Below, one piece after another: positions 61,888-64,000 of a DNA stretch of 64,000 nt. The stretch covers positions 88,910,001 to 88,974,000 of the forward strand of contig NC_058368.1 in assembly GCF_018350175.1 (NCBI RefSeq). The letters are read 5' to 3'. Both the position numbers and the translations under genes were made by a program. The stretch comes from Felis catus. Its lineage: Eukaryota. The notes beneath the pieces were generated by a model that worked only from the letters and a program-made list of their open reading frames with translations, was not told where the DNA came from and did no database searches. Position 1 is the stretch's first letter, and the number at the start of each line of letters is the position of its first letter.

Positions 61888-63322
61888 GGGAGAGCTAGCA
61901 TGGCAGCTGTTGTAGTCTGATCCTGTGAATATAGCTAGATCACTAGCAAATCATTCTAAATACCCCAGAAAGCAACACGAAGACTGACTAGCAAATCATT
62001 CTAAATACCCCAGAAAGCAACATGAAGACTGACGAAGACTGACTTGGTCACTGACGTGACCAAGGCCACGGTTACAGGGAGAGAAGAAGCCATATCAAAG
62101 AAACTAGGAAGTGCAGAGAGGGGGTTGGGGGAGAAATATATCAAGGGTGCTGCAGGGGAGAGGGAGCCCTCATTGAGGAAAGAGGGAGAGGAAGAGAAGC
62201 ACACAGAGGAGCACACAAGGTGACCCTTCCCCCAAAGACAATGAAAAGAGGCTCAACATCACTCATCATCAGGCAAATACAAATCAATACTACAATGAGA
62301 TATCACCCACGTCTGTCAGAAGGGCTACATTTGACAACACAAGGAACAAGTGGTGTTGGCAAGTTTGGGGATAAAGGGAAACCCTCTGACACTGGATGGG
62401 AATGCAAACTGGTGCAGCCACTCCGGAAAACAGTCCAAAGTTTTGTCGAATGTTGAGAATACGAGTGCCCTGGGGCACCTGGGTGGCACGGTCAGTGAGG
62501 TGCCTGACTCTTGATATCCATTCCAATCAGGATCTCACAGTCATGGGACTAAGCCCTTGTTGGGCTCTGCACTGACAGCATGGAGTGCGCTTGGGATTCT
62601 CTCTCCATCTCTCTCTGCTCCTCTCCATCTCTCACTCTCTCAATCTCTCCCTCTATAATAAATTAATTAATTGAAAGAATTGCTTACCCTTTAAAACTTA
62701 GGGTTGCCCTATGATCCAGCAATTGCCTTATGAGGTATTTATCCAAGGGATACAAAAATAAGAATTTAAAGGCACACAGCCACCCCAGTGTTTTTCACAA
62801 CACAATGAAAAATAGCCAATTAGGGAAAGGGCTCAAATGTCCACTGGCTGAGGAATGGATGGAGATGTGGTATATACATACAATGGAATATTACACAGCC
62901 ATGAAAGAGAATGAAATTTTCCTTTGCAATGATTTGGACGCAACTCAAGAGTAGTATGCTAAGTGAAATAAGTCAGTCAGAGAAAGGCTTATACCGTATG
63001 ATTTCACTCCTATGTGGAATGTGAGAAACAAAACAAAGAAATAATCATGGTGGAAAAAAGAGACTGGCAAAACAAGAAACATGCTCTTAACTATAGAGAA
63101 CAAACTGATAGATACCAGAGAAGAGATGGGTGGGGAGATTGGGTTATACTGGAGATGGGAATGAAAGAGTATACTTTGTGATGTGCATGGAAAGTTGTGT
63201 GGATGGGTGAAACAACTGATTTCTACACCACTGAATTCTACATCAACTACACAAATTACAACTGAAATCTACACCACTGTATGTTAACTAACTGGAATTT
63301 AAATAAAAACTTATAAAAAAAA
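61888..63322 (+). mobile_element. Internally deleted L1: ~350 bp of 5'UTR joined to the ORF2 tail and 3'UTR
   Basis: 61888-62235 resembles the 5'UTR start of the 4792-10938 L1 (ctaaataccccagaaa...gaagact; taggaagtgcagagag). From ~62240 it reads MKRGSTSLIIRQ...WECKLVQPL, then 3'UTR and aaataaaaac tail. Confidence 0.8.
62472..62690 (+). mobile_element. CAN-SINE inserted in the L1
   Basis: Head ggggcacctgggtggcacggtcagtgaggtgcctgactcttga, (CT)n, taataaattaattaa tail. Confidence 0.88.
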
Positions 63323-64000
63323 TTGCATATTAGCTGTAGGGAAAGGCCCAGTGCTGAAGTGCCCAAAGCGTTACTGTGCTTTAAGTGACATTCTTGTCTC
63401 TCGTAAACATATAGAGTAACACTTTGCTCACCTCTCTGTATCGACACTTGTACTTTACTGCTGAAAAGTTCCCTTTGCTGCAAGAGGGATTTAGAAAGCT
63501 TCTTGGGGATATTGAGTCATATGTATTATTAAACCCTTGTGTAGAAGCACCAAGAAATGCCCTAGGGTTAGGTGCCTAAAAGTAGAGTGTGACACACTGT
63601 GTCTGCCCCCTACACCAACCGAGATCCCTGGTTTGTAGGTGAGTTTCAAAGTCATTCCTGACACAATGCTCTCAGAGGCTGATATTCCATAGGAGAGCTA
63701 CCCCCAATGTCCCTGCTCTCCTGGTGCTGGGCAGGCAATAGTATCAGAGGAATGGGAGCCACTTGGACTCCCGCCCCTAATGGATGGAGCTACCATCCTT
63801 TGGAAGAACAGTCTGTGAAAATACACCATTCTCCATGATATGATCAGTGCACCAAAAGGCTTTTGAATAAATAGCACACCAAGGTTTGTTCCCACTTCAT
63901 GATCATCACATGGAAGCACATTCTTCATATCACAGAGCCACTGGTGACCCTCTCTACAAATACGATGGGCTGAAACCCACAAGAATTCAAAGTTGTGCTC

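Noticed and set aside
60405..61898. His/Thr-rich ORFs of 199 and 175 aa
   Set aside because: They are by-products of CA-rich low-complexity DNA, which is poor in stop codons.
63698..63982. 94-aa minus-strand ORF
   Set aside because: No recognisable homology, and it lies at the window edge, so it cannot be evaluated.

Overview
Mammalian genomic DNA, almost certainly from a felid, judging by the CAN-SINE (SINEC_Fc-type) and felid L1 sequences. The window is a repeat-dense mosaic with no intact protein-coding gene that I can support. From left to right: (1) a complete ERV-Fc provirus (3035-17101, tRNA-Phe PBS) whose gag holds a full-length L1, which itself holds a SINE; (2) an env-deleted gammaretroviral provirus on the minus strand (18024-24390, tRNA-Pro PBS); (3) a remnant of an older ERV1 and L1/SINE fragments; (4) a four-exon, intron-containing RALGDS-derived pseudogene on the minus strand (29645-32352) that lacks the GEF catalytic domain and ends in a new hydrophobic tail; (5) a 3'-truncated L1 carrying a 27-nt tailless U6 retrocopy; (6) a pol-deleted ERV with a W-like env and its 3' LTR; (7) a ~315-bp satellite that combines TAACCC hexamers with an L1 ORF2-like core; (8) a second 3'-truncated L1, a ~112-bp tandem array, a CA-rich tract and an internally deleted L1. 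All family assignments come from motif recognition by eye. Divergence figures are hand counts.
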